DNA from: the human T2T-CHM13v2.0 reference genome, Homo sapiens
Assembly: GCF_009914755.1 (NCBI RefSeq)
Contig: NC_060934.1
DNA: 64,000 bases
Strand: one strand, 5' to 3'
Made by a program: the position numbers and the translations under genes. Positions 1 through 13,600 of the stretch are shown piece by piece. Each line of letters begins with the position of its first letter. Position 1 is the first letter of the stretch. A model generated the notes under the pieces. That model worked only from the letters and a program-made list of their open reading frames with translations, made no database searches and was not told the origin of the DNA.

Positions 1-545
1 CATGAAGGTGGAGCTCTGATGAATGTGAGGTTACAGTAAGAAGCTGGGGCCAGGTGCGGTGGCTTATGCCTGTAATCCCAGCGCTTTGGGAGGCTGAGGC
101 AGGAGGATCACAAGGTCAGGAGTTCGAGACCAGCCTGGCCAACATGGTGAAACCCCCATCTCTACTAAAAATACAAAAAATTAGCCAGGTGTGTTGGCAG
201 CCACCTGTAATCCCAGCTACTCAGGAGGCTGAAGCAAGAGAATCGCTTGAACCCAGGAAGCAGAGGTTGCAGTAACTGGAGACCGCACTACTGCACTCCA
301 GCCTGGGCAACAGAGCAAGGCTCCATCTCAAAAAAAAAAAAAAAAAAAAACAAAAAGAAAGAAAGAAAAAGAAAGAAGCTGGCTGTCTATAACCCAGAAG
401 AGGGCACTCACCAGAACTTACCAGAACCATGCTGGCACCCTGATCTTATACTTCACAGCCTCCAGAACTGTGAGAAATAAATGTGAGTTGTTAAAGCCAC
501 CCTGTCTATGCCATTTGATGATAGCAGCCCAAGCTGACTGAGACA
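1..545 (+). mobile_element. MLT1/MST-type MaLR LTR (partial), split by an Alu at 48-372
   Basis: ccagaaccatgctggcaccctgatctt...cagcctccagaactgtgagaaataaa...ctgagaca. Confidence 0.75.
48..372 (+). mobile_element. AluS
   Basis: Full dimer with A-tail. TSD aagaagctgg. Confidence 0.97.
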
Positions 546-1096
546 AAGACCGATACATAGAGCAATTCAGCCCACATTCACTGAGCAGCCAGCGGTGATG
601 TCCATGGCCCAAGGTCATGGTATTACAATTTGCAAAGTATTAAATACAAATATGAATAAAACATGGATGGGGCTTGCCCTCTGGGAGCTTACGTGTATTA
701 AGAGAGACAGACACAAAGCATCACTGGCATTTAAGTATCATTTCACTATCATATGAGGCTATGAGAGCAGCACAGGGGAGGGGCACTTAACCAGTCTGGG
801 AGTTAGGGGAGATTTTGTGATGGAGCTGTTAACACCGAACCCAGCGCACAGAAGGCACTTGATAAATATTTCCTCATTGAATGAATAAACTTGTGTTTGA
901 GGATAATTCTTTGGGTCATATAGGATGGATGGCAGTGGAAGGAGATCAGAGGGAAGAAAGCCAGCTGGGACATGGCTGCGAGGTTTTTACTAGAGTCACC
1001 TAATTAAAGATTAAAAGGGCCTACATGAAACAAGTAATTTTAAAGTTGAAAAGAGGAGGAAGGAGACTTGTGATATATTTAGTAGGTGGAAAGAAC

Positions 1097-1389
<293 letters not shown>

Positions 1390-2299
1390 AATGACAAAGG
1401 CAGCAGGGCGTTATGATAATGGCTCAATATGAGATGCTCTTCTTGGTCTTCCCCTAAACCTCAGTACTCCCAGAGCAAATCATTCCTTTCGCAAATATTC
1501 ATCAAGGGCATCCCGGGTGCCTTGCACTGTGCTAGGCTCTGGGGATATGCCAAGGAATGACCCAGACCCCCAGCCTGTCCTCTTCTTGCTCCTGGGACAG
1601 CACAATGTAGATGAGAAGCAGAAGGTGGAAGAAGCCTCTGAACAAGGTAACAAAGGTGAACAACGGTTGTTAACTATGGTCCAGGAAGAAAGGTCAGCAA
1701 GATAGAGGGAATCTTTTCTCTACAAAGGGTCACTGAACCACAGGAAGAAAAATCAATAGACGGTTGTGCAAGCAAAGAACAATTTGATTCTCCCCTAGAG
1801 AGCCACAGAAAATATTGTATTCGTAAGCTCATAAATGTTTGAAAAGGTAATAGAAAACTATTTAATGAGCTCAGAAAATAGTTTCTAAATTTCAGCTCTG
1901 ATGTTATTGGTACCTGCAGAAGAGAGGTGGAGAGGTTAAAGAGAAAGAGCAAACTAAGACTGCAGAAACCAAGGGAAAAGAAGAAGAAACAGGTGAACAT
2001 TGCACAAAACAGAGGAGGAAAGAAAAGTAATGGGCACATGAAATAAAACACAGAAAGAGAGCCCTGAGAAAAACAGAAGAGATGAAGACAGAAGGCAAAA
2101 GACAGTCATCCACAGAAACCAAGGATTATAGAGACACATGAAATAGACAGATAGAAATGCAAACACGTGATCAGAGGAGCAGGTTTACACAGATAGAACG
2201 TTCTACAGAAAGTGCCCGGAAAGAGAGACGCCAGACAGTGGCTCAGATAGGAGCATAAAAAGGGAAACGTATTTGAAGCTCATGTCTATAGATGCATAA

Positions 2300-2555
2300 A
2301 TAATAATAATAAATACATGCATGGCTTGTACTGTCTCAAGCACTCTTCCAAGCACTTTATATATTATTTAATCCTTATAAAAGCCTTATGAGGGAAGCGC
2401 TATTATCATCCCTGTTGTTGTCCCCATTTTTCAGATGTAGAAGCTGGGTCAGAGCGGTGAAGTTACTTGCCTGAGGTCACACAGCTAGCTAATGACATGA
2501 CTGAGACTTGGACACAGGCAGTCTAGTCTTAATAGCTGTGTGCTCTTAATACTGC
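2300..2555 (-). mobile_element. MIR SINE. Other MIR remnants lie at about 7860-8010, 9670-9800, 30840-31050, 32550-32630, 50190-50390 and 62530-62770
   Basis: Core ccccattttcagatg...agttacttgcctgaggtcacacagcta. Confidence 0.75.
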
Positions 2556-2678
2556 CCTATATCCCTCTAATTATTGTCTAATATATGCACAAATAAACCA
2601 TGGCAAAGATGCACAGAGGGGGAAAAGTCAAGAAGAAAGCCCACACAGTCACTGTCACAAGACATGAATAAACTCTGT

Positions 2679-3056
2679 TGTATTAGTAAGATTTCACGCT
2701 GCTAATAAAGACATACCAGAGACTGGGTAATTTATAAAGAAAGGAGGTTTAATGGATTCACAGTTCCACGTGGCTGGGGAGGCCTCCCAGTCCTGGCAGA
2801 AGGCCAGGAGGAGCAAAGCCACATCTCACATGGTGGCAGGCAAAGAAAGAATGAGAGCCAAGCGAAACCACTTGGGTCTCTTTTCTTATAAAACCATCGG
2901 ATCTCATGAGACTTACTCACTACCATGAGAACAGTATGGGGGAAACCACTCCAGTGATTCAATTATCTCCCACTGGGTCCCTCCCACAACATATGGGCAT
3001 TAGGAGAGCTATAATTCAAGATGAGATTTGAGTGAGGACACAGTCAAACCACATCA
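2679..3056 (-). mobile_element. THE1 (MaLR) solo LTR
   Basis: tgtattag...ctgggtaatttataaag...caaaccacatca. TSD tctgt/tctgt. Confidence 0.92.
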
Positions 3057-4291
3057 TCTGTCCTTCGTGGGAAAATATCTACACCTTTGGAAATTTTGGA
3101 AATTGTGATTAAATATTCTTAAGCTGTGCTGAATGTTCCCAGCTATATTCATAAGAAAGGAGGGAAACAGTGTCCAAATCCCTCCCTCGCAAGGGCCAGG
3201 GAAGACCCAGCCAGATACAGGTTAAGGGGCTGCAGGTTGGAAACTGGAGTGCACAGAGTCAAGGCTAAGGGTGAAAATCCATGCCCAGGCAACAGATTGC
3301 TTGGGGCTGGGTGAACCAAGACAAACTCCTGCAAGAAAGATAGGATATCTTTTCACGTGGACATGAATGGATAAACAAATCAAGCACTTAGTACTATTCT
3401 TACTACTAGGAATGTAACAGAAAAAAAGACAGAGAACATCCCATCCCATGGAGAACTCTTAGCTAGTGGGAGAGAGACAACAGCAAACAATTAGAACACG
3501 GTGCCGTCAGTCTACACTGCAGCAGGGGGAGGAGGAGGGAAGAGCTGGGCTAGGCCAGGCCTACTATATACCTCTGAGGCATCACAGAAGGAGCTGCAAG
3601 GGGTGAGACTGCAGCACAAAGGCCCACTTCCTCTTGTGACAACAGTGGACCTTTGAGACTGAGATGCCTGGAGCATTTCAGGTGCTGCTCTGAGTGGGAC
3701 AATCCACTCCCTAATCTTGTGTTTATATTTTGCTGGTTCTGTAATTAAAGCAAAGTACAAGCAAGTTTGGCTGAGTACAAATCCACAATCATGCAAGCCC
3801 AAGGAACTGGGCCAGGCATGGCGTCAAGAGCACGTTGGAAGGTACCTAAGCCACCCAAAGTATGGGGACTCAGCTCCCCAGAAGACACAAAGCTTAAGCT
3901 GAAAACTTAAACAGAACTAGCCAGGTGAGGCAGGAGAAGGAGATGGAGGGGTAAAGACTGTTTGAGAAGCAGGAAGGAGGGAATGTGAAAGCCTGGAGAA
4001 GAGAGAGAGAGCATAGAATGTGCAAAATTCTGAAAGAAATCCTGTGTGGCTTGGCAGATGGAGAACTAGGTGGAGAATGCTGGAGAACTATAGCAAGAGT
4101 CTTACAGGCATCACAAAATCAACAATGTGGCTTTCTTCTATGGGAGAGGGCAAAGCATTGAAGGGTCTTATTTATGGAAGTGACACATGGGATATGCATT
4201 TTAGGATGTGCACCCTGGCTTCAGTGAGGATAGATTAGTGGGTCTGCAGAAAGATCCCACTAATCAGTTAGAAAGATAGGCAATGACACAG

Positions 4292-5158
4292 TGTTGCAGT
4301 GGCCACCATCAACTCTTTCTCTCCCTACATGCACATGACAAGAAATGAAACCTAAAATTCCTCCGCTTGAATCGGGGCTGGCCTTAGGAAGTGCTTGAAC
4401 CAGTAGAATGTGGCAGAAGAAGTGACATTCTGGGATTTCCAATGCGAGGTCATAGAAAGTGTTGTGGCTTCTGCCTGGATCTCTTGGAACGTTCATTCTC
4501 TGGACACTTCCCCAAGGAATCCAGCCATTCCCCAAAGGAATTGAGCCTTCTTGAGCTGCAAGAAGCTCAAGTCACATATGGAGGTTCCTTTGAAGATCCT
4601 TTAGGTGGCAGCTCTAGCTGAATTCCTAGTAAGCAGTCAATGGTAACTTAACTGACATGTGAGCGTCACATCTTGGATGTCCAACTCAGGCGAGCTCTCA
4701 GATGACTCCAGTGGACTGCAACCCTATGAAAGCCCTCCATTAAGAGTTCCCTGGGCTGGGTGTGCTGGCTCACATCTGTAATCCCAACACTTTGCTGAGG
4801 TGGCAGGATCGCTTGAGCCAAGGAGTTGCCTGGGCAACATAGGGAAACCCCATCTTTACAACAATTTCAAAAATTAGCTGGGCTTGGTGGCATGCTCCTA
4901 TAGTCCCAGCTACTCAGGAGGCTGAGGCAGGAGGATTGCTTGATCACAGGAGGTCAAGGTTGCAGTGAGCTGTGATGGTGCCACTGCATACCAGTTTGGG
5001 TGACAGAGTGAGATCCTGTCTCAAAAACAGTAACAACAACAACAAAAAAATTCCCCAGCTGAGCCCAGGCAGCCCACGGAACTGAGAGAGAATATGAAAT
5101 CACTGTTTTAAGCCATCAGTTTGGGGGCAGTTTATTATGCAGCAATAGATAACCAACA
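4292..5158 (+). mobile_element. MLT1-type MaLR LTR, split by an AluJ
   Basis: MLT1-like gaatgtggcagaagaagtgac and 3' end ttttaagcca...gcagcaatagataacc. Confidence 0.65.
4754..5050 (+). mobile_element. AluJ
   Basis: Diverged dimer with J-type gcttgagcc/ggtcaaggttgcag. Confidence 0.9.
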
Positions 5159-5184
5159 TGCCAGTTAAGAGAGAACAATAGCTA

Positions 5185-5660
5185 TGTGTGTCTGGGCTCT
5201 CCAGAAAAATACAATCAACAGTCTATCATCTATCTATCTATCTTATATCTGTATTATCTATCTATGTATGTCTCTATGTATCTTTGTATCTATGTATTTA
5301 TGTATCTATCTATCGATCTATCGAGACTTAAGAATTGGTCCACACAATTGCAAGGGCTAGCACATCTAAAATCTGTAGGGTAAGCCTGCAGGTTGGACAT
5401 CCAGGCAGGAGTTGATTCTGCAATCTTGAAGCAGAAATACCTCTTCTCTGGGACACCTCAGTTTTTGCTCTTAAGGCCTTTAATTGATTGAGATGAGACC
5501 CACCCACATTATCAACGGAAAGCGCCTTTACTTAATGTCAATTGATTGTTGACGTTAACCACATCTACAAAATACATCACAGCAACACTTAGATTAGCAT
5601 TTGATTAAATCACTGGGTACTATAGCCTAGCCAAGTAGACACATACAATTAGCCATCCCA
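5185..5660 (-). mobile_element. MLT2-type ERVL LTR with internal (TCTA)n
   Basis: aggcctttaattgattgagatgagacccacccacatt...agcctagccaagtagacacatacaattagccatc. Confidence 0.75.
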
Positions 5661-6127
5661 GTAACCCAGACCAGAGATGGGTGGTGAGATTGCAAAAGGA
5701 TAGATTTAAAACATTAGGGTGTGAGACTTTAGCAAAAGTTTGGCGATGGACTAGAAATGGACACTGAAGGAGAAGACAGCAAGGGTCATGCAGGGCTTTC
5801 TGATTCAGGCCACTGGGAGAAGGATGCTGACTTCTCTGACACACAGAGTAGCGTAAACGAGAGGGGAGAGGGCAATGATAATAATGAAGGTGGTGACCTG
5901 TTGTGGTTTTAATTCATGCTAAGACTTGTAAAGAAAAAAAAAACGGGATCACGTTGCAGAATCGGAGTGAGATTGTGAAAAAGCAGGACTGTGAAATCTT
6001 TGGAAAGAAGTAAGGGGTGCACCCATCCGGCTGCCTTCAGGTGCCATTTGCAATGAGCATAAAGCTGTGACAGAAGTGACTTGCAAGGATCCCTCCAGGG
6101 GTCTAATTGCAAGAGTGTCCTTTGCCT

Positions 6128-6404
<277 letters not shown>

Positions 6405-7289
6405 TTAAAGCTGATTGTGAATTGCTAAGTGTGAAAAACACAAGTTCTAAAAATACAAAATCAACAGTTAAGATGAATGTTAAGATTTCAGAATATATTT
6501 TAATTTGCAGACAAAAAAAAAATCTAGGTCACTGCTATTATTGTTCAATGTGTGAAGAAGAAAATGTAAAGAAACCAATTTTCGTTGACGGATTATAAAC
6601 TTTTATTCAGTTAGATATTTTTAGGGAAGGAAAAGGGAAGAGTAGGAACCTTTTTTTTTTTTTTTTGCAGACTTTGGCAACATATTGAGAGCCTGAATTA
6701 ACACTGAATCCTATGAAAACAGTTTTGTAATTATAATGCTGAATCAGTCTTATGTGTAATTACACCAATATGCTACTCTGTGAAACATTTCTTAAGGGAA
6801 ATGTTCGTGGTATATTTTGTATTTATGCCACTGTCTTTTATAAAAGGTCTCATTATTTCATGAACTTCAATTTACCAGGCCAAGTCCTAACTGTAGGCTT
6901 AGGCAAGGGCCAGCAATGCACGTATATTTCAAGGAGCTTCGTCTGTGCTCTGAGAAACTGTGTCTTGCACAGGTGGAGAAACAGGTAGGCAGTTCAGTTC
7001 TGCTCATGGCCATTTAGTGAGGCGGGTTCACATACCTAAAGGGGCCCTAACTGCTCCCAGAAAGCCAGCGCGCATCTCAGGCATTGTTCCAGGACGGCTC
7101 CCACGGTTCGCTGTGGAATTCATCATCTTCCGCTTTTTGGCTTCAGTCCCACACTCAGCTTCTGTTTTTGCCTGGCCTCTGGGAACTGCTTTTGGCTTCT
7201 GGCTCCCTTCCAAATCCTAACTTTTCATCTATGCCCTTAGGCTTCACCCAGCAGAATCTCAAATAAGAATGATCCTTCCTACCCTGGGT

Positions 7290-7495
7290 TCCTCAGCCCT
7301 TACTTAGCCCTAGTCAAGGGCTAAGTAATCGGGGCGGGGCGGGGCGGGAAGCGTAACTCTTGGCTCTGCCTGTACTCGAGCTGATTAATTTTCAGGGAAT
7401 TCAGAGCGATTCCTGATTAGACCTCAGAGCACGTGGTTTGACCGGCCATCTGGAAAGGGAGGGACAAGCCACAGACAGTTCATATAAAGGTAAAT
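7290..7495. promoter_or_regulatory. Promoter/enhancer-like element: triple GC box (7331-7348), E-box CACGTG (7430-7435), 12-bp hairpin
   Basis: GGGGCGGGGCGGGGCGGG in repeat-free, CpG-retaining sequence. Confidence 0.55.
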
Positions 7496-8861
7496 CCTTT
7501 TCTACGGAAAATAATGCACAGAAAGACGATAACCTAGAAAGTTGAAGTTTAATACTTTCTGCTTGGTGTGACCTACTTTCCATCATGAAAAGACCAAAGA
7601 AAGTTCAAACAGAACGAACTGAACAGGAAGAGTTGGTCCTTACCAAGAACGTGGTATAATCCATATGAAATGATCACAAAAGCAAAACTGGGGTTTATAA
7701 TTGTTTACACATCCCCCTAGGCAGAGGACTGGAACAGAAACTATTATAGCATTATTGCTCCATCACAGACTTGCTGTATTTATTGCAGATACCAAGAGTT
7801 TAAACTAGTTAGTAAAATATTAATTGTAAGCCAGAAAAATGATATTAAACTGGAAATAATCAGAATAGCTACCATGTACTGAGATTCTAATATATAACGG
7901 ACTCTGTACTGAGCATTTGACATATTGAATATTCATAAAAACTCACAGAGGTTAAGTATTGCTCCATTTTACTGATAAAGACACTGGCTAGGAAAACTGG
8001 CTTAGCCTAATAAGAATAAAGACGTTGCCATAAATAACCAGCGGCAAAGGTAAAATGCTGCCTTTAAGATGTTCTAGTAGTAACTTATTCACTTACAGGG
8101 GAGACCAAATTTAAAAGAAAATGAAAGATTAGGGATAACAAACAAGAAACATCAATAATAAAATGCCTGAAACAAACAAGACACATGGAGTCAACTTAAA
8201 GCTGAGCCTAGAAACCAGACTGTACTCCCCAGCCCTTTCCAACTCCTAGTTCCTATAGTGAGTCTTGACCTATTTTCTGAACCACCTAGAAAGATCCTTT
8301 GTTCTTCCTGATGCATTACATAAAACACATGACTCAGATTAACCAGGTCTGTAAATTAAATAAACACACACACACACACACATACACACACAAATGAAAA
8401 TGTATTAATCGTGGCTAGTGTAATGAAGGTGAATTTCAGGATAATACATCAGCAATGACTTAATCAGGTTGTCCAGGGAAGGCTTCCTTGAGGAAGGGAT
8501 AACTGGTTCTAAACTGGTTGGGACAGGGGTGGAAGTGGTTGGAGCGATGTGGCCAAAGTCCGTAGTCCCTCCAGTTATTGGGCAAGAAGTAGATGAGAAG
8601 GATTCATCGTGGTTCATGGTGACCAGTTTGAAGGTCATGGAATAAGTAGAAGGTACTATGAAAGAGTAGGTATAGACAGCTCCTTCCAGGATTTGGCTGT
8701 GTCGTGGAGGACAAAGCATCTTTGAGTATTTAAGAAATGAAACAAAAAATAAAATCGAGATGGCATGCTGACATACTGTGATTTTAGAATCGACTGGCTC
8801 ACAATGAATGCTTGCTTCACACCAAAGGAGTAGTTTATGTTATTAAGAAAACAGTGATCTA

Positions 8862-8973
8862 GCCCCAGCTACTCAGAAGGCTGAGGCGGGAGGATCGTTT
8901 GAGTCCAGGAGTTCGAGACCAGCCTGGGCCACATAGTGAGACCCTATCTCAACAAAACAAAACAAAACAAAAA
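8862..8973 (+). mobile_element. FLAM-like Alu monomer fragment
   Basis: Left-monomer sequence with (CAAAA)n tail, flanked by tgatcta. Confidence 0.8.
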
Positions 8974-9979
8974 TGATCTAAGAAATCCAGTGATTTAGGG
9001 ATTCCAAAGGCAGGAAAACATTCCATTTCAGCCCCAATAGATTGGAGGAAAATTAAGAGCTTCAAATAGACACCACCTTTTTTTTTTTTAGCAACACTTC
9101 TATACCTCAGTTAAAATAGAGTTGTCTATTGAACTAGCCACTTGGTACATTGGGAAAAATCCCAGCAACCTACAGGGGAGCTGTCTGTAGTCTGTGTGAT
9201 CATCAGGCTGACATCACACTGACAGGTAAGATACGGCCATTGATAGTTATCCCTGCTTCAGGTTAATCCATGACACTAATCTCAGAGTAGAGTTTGATCT
9301 TCAAACTAGGGCTCCCTCAAAAAATTGGGAAGGTGGCATGACCTGTACATTTAGAATCAGAAAGTCAGACATCAGTGATTGCCCCTTAATGAATCTAGTG
9401 AGATACAAAATGGAAGACATGGTATTCAGAAAAGCCAAGAATATTACGAGACCTCAATAACTGGAGAAGCCTCATTTCATCATCTTGCCACTTTTCCCTT
9501 TCCCTGAAACTGCTGAGTGTTCCCTGCCCCCACCCCAGCATCTCTCTTCTAATTGCTCTACTGGGCTTCTCAGTCCATGTCTTCATCACTTCACACCTGG
9601 CCTAGTGCAGAAGAGGCCACCTGTCCTATCTATCCTGCACAAGTCTACTGCACTAATCATTTTGACATGTGATGGCAGAGGCAGCAATGGATATTGAGAA
9701 TTCCAAGACTAGATATCCAGTTCCTTCATTTACTAGTGATGACACCTTGGAAAATTCATCTCAATTCTCTGAACCTCTACCTCTTCATTTGTTAAATGGG
9801 GTTAAAAAAAAAGTTAAATTTCTTCCAGGATAAAAGTAAAAAAAAATTTTAGTACTGTAACCAGGACATCTATATTTAACCTTCATTTTATGTTAAATTA
9901 TTCCACCATCACATACTAGATGAAACCCAAACTCCTAGGGCCCCACATAACATGACAGCTAAAGAAAGAAAATGAATAA

Positions 9980-10615
9980 ATACCCAAAGGAAATGAAATC
10001 AATATGTTAAAAAGATACCTACACTCCCACGTTTACTACAGCATGATTCACAATAGCCAAGATGTAGAATCAGCCTAAGTGTCCATCAATGGCTGAATGC
10101 ATAAATGAAATGTGGTATATATACACAGTGGAATAGTATACAGCCTTAAAAAATGAGGAAATTCTGTCATTTGCAGACAACAAGAATAAACCTGGAGGAC
10201 ATTATGCTAAGTGAACTAAGCTAGGCACAGAAAGACAAATACAGCATGGTCTCACTTACATGTGGAATCTAAGAAAGTTGAACTTATAGAAGTACAGAGG
10301 AGAATGGTGGTTACAACAGGTTGGGAGGAGATGATGGTCAAAGGGTACAAAGTTTCAGTTGGGCAGAAAGAATACATTTTTCAAGATCCATTGCACAACA
10401 TGGTGACCATAGTTCCTAATAATGTATTGCAGATTTCAAAACTGCTAAAAGAGCAGATTTTAAATGTTCTCACTAAAAAAAAAAATGTTAAGCATATGAG
10501 CTGATGGATATGTTAATTAGCTTGATATAATTATTCCACAGTGTATGCATATATCTAAACACCATATTTTATTCCATAAATAGATACAATATTCATCAAT
10601 TAAAAATAAACATTT
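9980..10615 (+). mobile_element. Old L1 (L1MA-type) 3' end
   Basis: ttcacaatagccaagat...aagtgtccatcaa...gttaattagcttgat...aataaa. Confidence 0.85.
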
Positions 10616-13600
10616 AAATTTAAAGGAATAATAAGTAAAACTCTTCAAAAAGTCCAAATTCAATCAGCAACTCAGATGTCTAAGTTTTTCCCTTAACAGC
10701 TAATGCGTACATTGATATTGTTCAGTTTGTAAAAGACCAGCTCATATATTTGAGTAGAGTGTCAGAACTAACGCAAGGTAAAATGAAATATAAAAGAATA
10801 TGATGATTAAAGCAAAGGATAGGAAGTCAATTGAAATATAAACTCATGAGTGAAGGAACAATGTTAAAACACTGGAGAAAGATCTATCTACTTTGATATT
10901 GTACCAGTGTAAACAATGTAATGTACCAATGAAGACATGGCAAGCAATGTTGTAAGGAAAAGAGAATTTGAAACACAAGGCAGGCTGAAAGGGAGCGTAT
11001 TTGACATGTGAACATAAAAATATATAGCTAATATTGAGTACAACTTGGGAGATAAATTTTGAAGTAGAATTTAGAAGACCAGTGAACCCCACGTGAGTTC
11101 CATATACTTTGATGGCAAAGTTTATATTCTGAAGACCAAGGAGAGGAGCTAGTCCCTAAATGTGCAAGAGTTAGTTTCTGTTATTAAATACGGAAGAAGT
11201 AATGACATGGTGTGGTTTCTGTTGCTTTTTCTAAATGCACAGGCATGCTGTATGGTAATGACAAATAGAAGATGATATGACAGTATATTAATGCTGAAAA
11301 ATGGTCTTGATGCAGAGGAAACAAAGAAAAAAGCTTTTTCAATCTGACAGCTGACCCAAATCACCTATCATAAAGTACACACTTCTTAAATTAAAAAAAA
11401 ATAAAATATGTATTGCTTTCAGCTGTCAATGTAGTCACCCTGTATGAATTGTAAACAGCAAACATTTAGAGGCTCAGAAAAATGAACTTAGTCTTGTATT
11501 ATTGAAAGAAGCCCCTAGCAGAGATGATTTTTGGTTTTCTCCAAGAACTTTGTCCTACAGAACAAAATGCCTGGGACATAATAAGGGTCAATAAATGTTA
11601 ATTGAATGAAAAAGTGTAAGCTCACAAAACACTTACCAAAGTCAGACAATACTGTTGCTTTTGCAGAAATAGTTCAGAAAATAAAGTGAAAACTTTGTGG
11701 TAAAACTAAGTGTGATTTTCCAGTTTTATGATCTAATGCAAAAATTTGATTAACTTATCCCATCTCTTTTCATAGTTTATATCGTTTCACAAAGTTAAAT
11801 CATTAAATGGTATGGTTTGAATAATGTAAATGTCATATAGCTGAAACAATTAACATAGGTGGTAGATATGCAGGTGTATTTTGTTTAACACTATTTTCTT
11901 CAAAGAACATAAATAAAAATGAAAGCAAGATGGTGACTGTTATTTTAGAAATATCAATTAATCTACAAATACAGCACTGGAATCTTTTCTCACATATCCA
12001 ACACAAGAAAGACAAAGGAATAACTTCCAAGAAATTTTAATCAAACCTGAGGGGATAATACAAGATTTAATAAAATTGCCACAGTGTAATAGTTATCTGT
12101 AACAAAGTAATCAGGCACGAAATACCTGTTTTACAAGTCATTTGAAAGGTATCTCATTTGCATGAGTCATAAATGTGTGGGTTGACATAATAGCACTGTT
12201 TCCTGCCACTAAGTTTTCAGTAAATATGTGATTGATAATATTCAGTCATCTTGGATTCCAGCTCATCTCTTTGAAACCTGACGATGTCTATAAAAATCAA
12301 ATGGTATTAGTGGCTCCAAAAGAAACTAAGAAACAAAATAATAGTGTGTGTATTTCGGGGTTGGGGGCGGGAAGAAAGTAAAATAGAAATTAAGGACTGT
12401 TACTGTGTACCTATTAGTTTTCTGTAATTGGCTACAGAAATGAATACAGTTCTTTTAAGTTAGAAAACTATTCAAGAAAGCTAATGCAGTAATTACCATG
12501 CAAGTTACCTAGGGAATCTAAGACTAATTACTGGAGCTCAAAGATCTGCGGGGATAAAACCTGCTTACCAGAAGTTTCCAGAGCTTCACAAAGAAGCCTT
12601 CATGGGTGAAGCAGAAGAACTGGGGAAGGAGGACTAGAGGGCGTCTCATATCATGTTTAATTTAAATTTAACCATCTCAATGTTATTCTCAAATAGCTGA
12701 GTGTCACGCTCAAGCAAATGATTATCCATCAGTTTTCTAAAAATCAGAGGGAGAGACTGTGAAGAGCAATAATTTCTTAGACTGAAATCCAGGTAGATTT
12801 TTCACAAATTATTCTGTGCATTAGCTTGTCCTTGGAGGGAAGGGGGTGGGGACCTCTTATAGGAGAATCAATCAAGCTTTTAAAAGCAGAAAAGGCAGAC
12901 ACCTCAACATTGTTGACTTTGTACTGCTACACCTAAAAGAAATTAGATACCAAGAAAGAACAGAGAGCAGGACATCTTCAACTCTTACTTAAATCTCTCT
13001 TTAACTGAGTTCAACTAGTATCTCACAAAATGTAAATTCATAGCGGAAACTTAGAATCTGCGGTAAATTTCAGGTAAATCTGAGCCAGACTCACACCTAT
13101 GCTTGGGATAACCATGCCATCTTGGAAGGTGATTGGATAGGCATCCTGGATAGGCAATTGAATCCCAGAGTCTCAGGGCCAGAAAGATCCTTAGAAATAC
13201 ATTAGTCCATGTGGAAGGTTCTAGACTCTTGGAGAATCTGATGAAAGCCACAGATTCTTTTCCCAGAAACGTGTACAAAATCTCACAATTTTGAGAGTTT
13301 TAGGAAACCGCTTTCATGGACTTCAGATTAAGAATCTTCCTAGTTAAGCCTTTCATGTTTCCGGGTAAAAGCTGAAGGAAGTTTGAGACTCAAGCGCCAA
13401 GCTGCCAAGTTCTCAGACCCACAATTAAGTGCTGAATGAGTAAAAGCTTAGGAATCTATAAAAAGAGGACAAACCCCCTCGTAGCACAACAAGAAAGTTA
13501 AAATAAAATTGCTGAGAAGATAGACTTGGAGAAGCCCTATCTCTTACAAAAGCCAGATTTAAACTGCAGTTGCTTTTCTTTTTTGAGAGAATTCATTTTC

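Noticed and set aside
1600-2280. Purine-rich stretch that looks like E/K-rich coding sequence or a processed pseudogene
   Set aside because: All plus frames are interrupted, there is no recognisable protein, and I found no TSD or poly(A).
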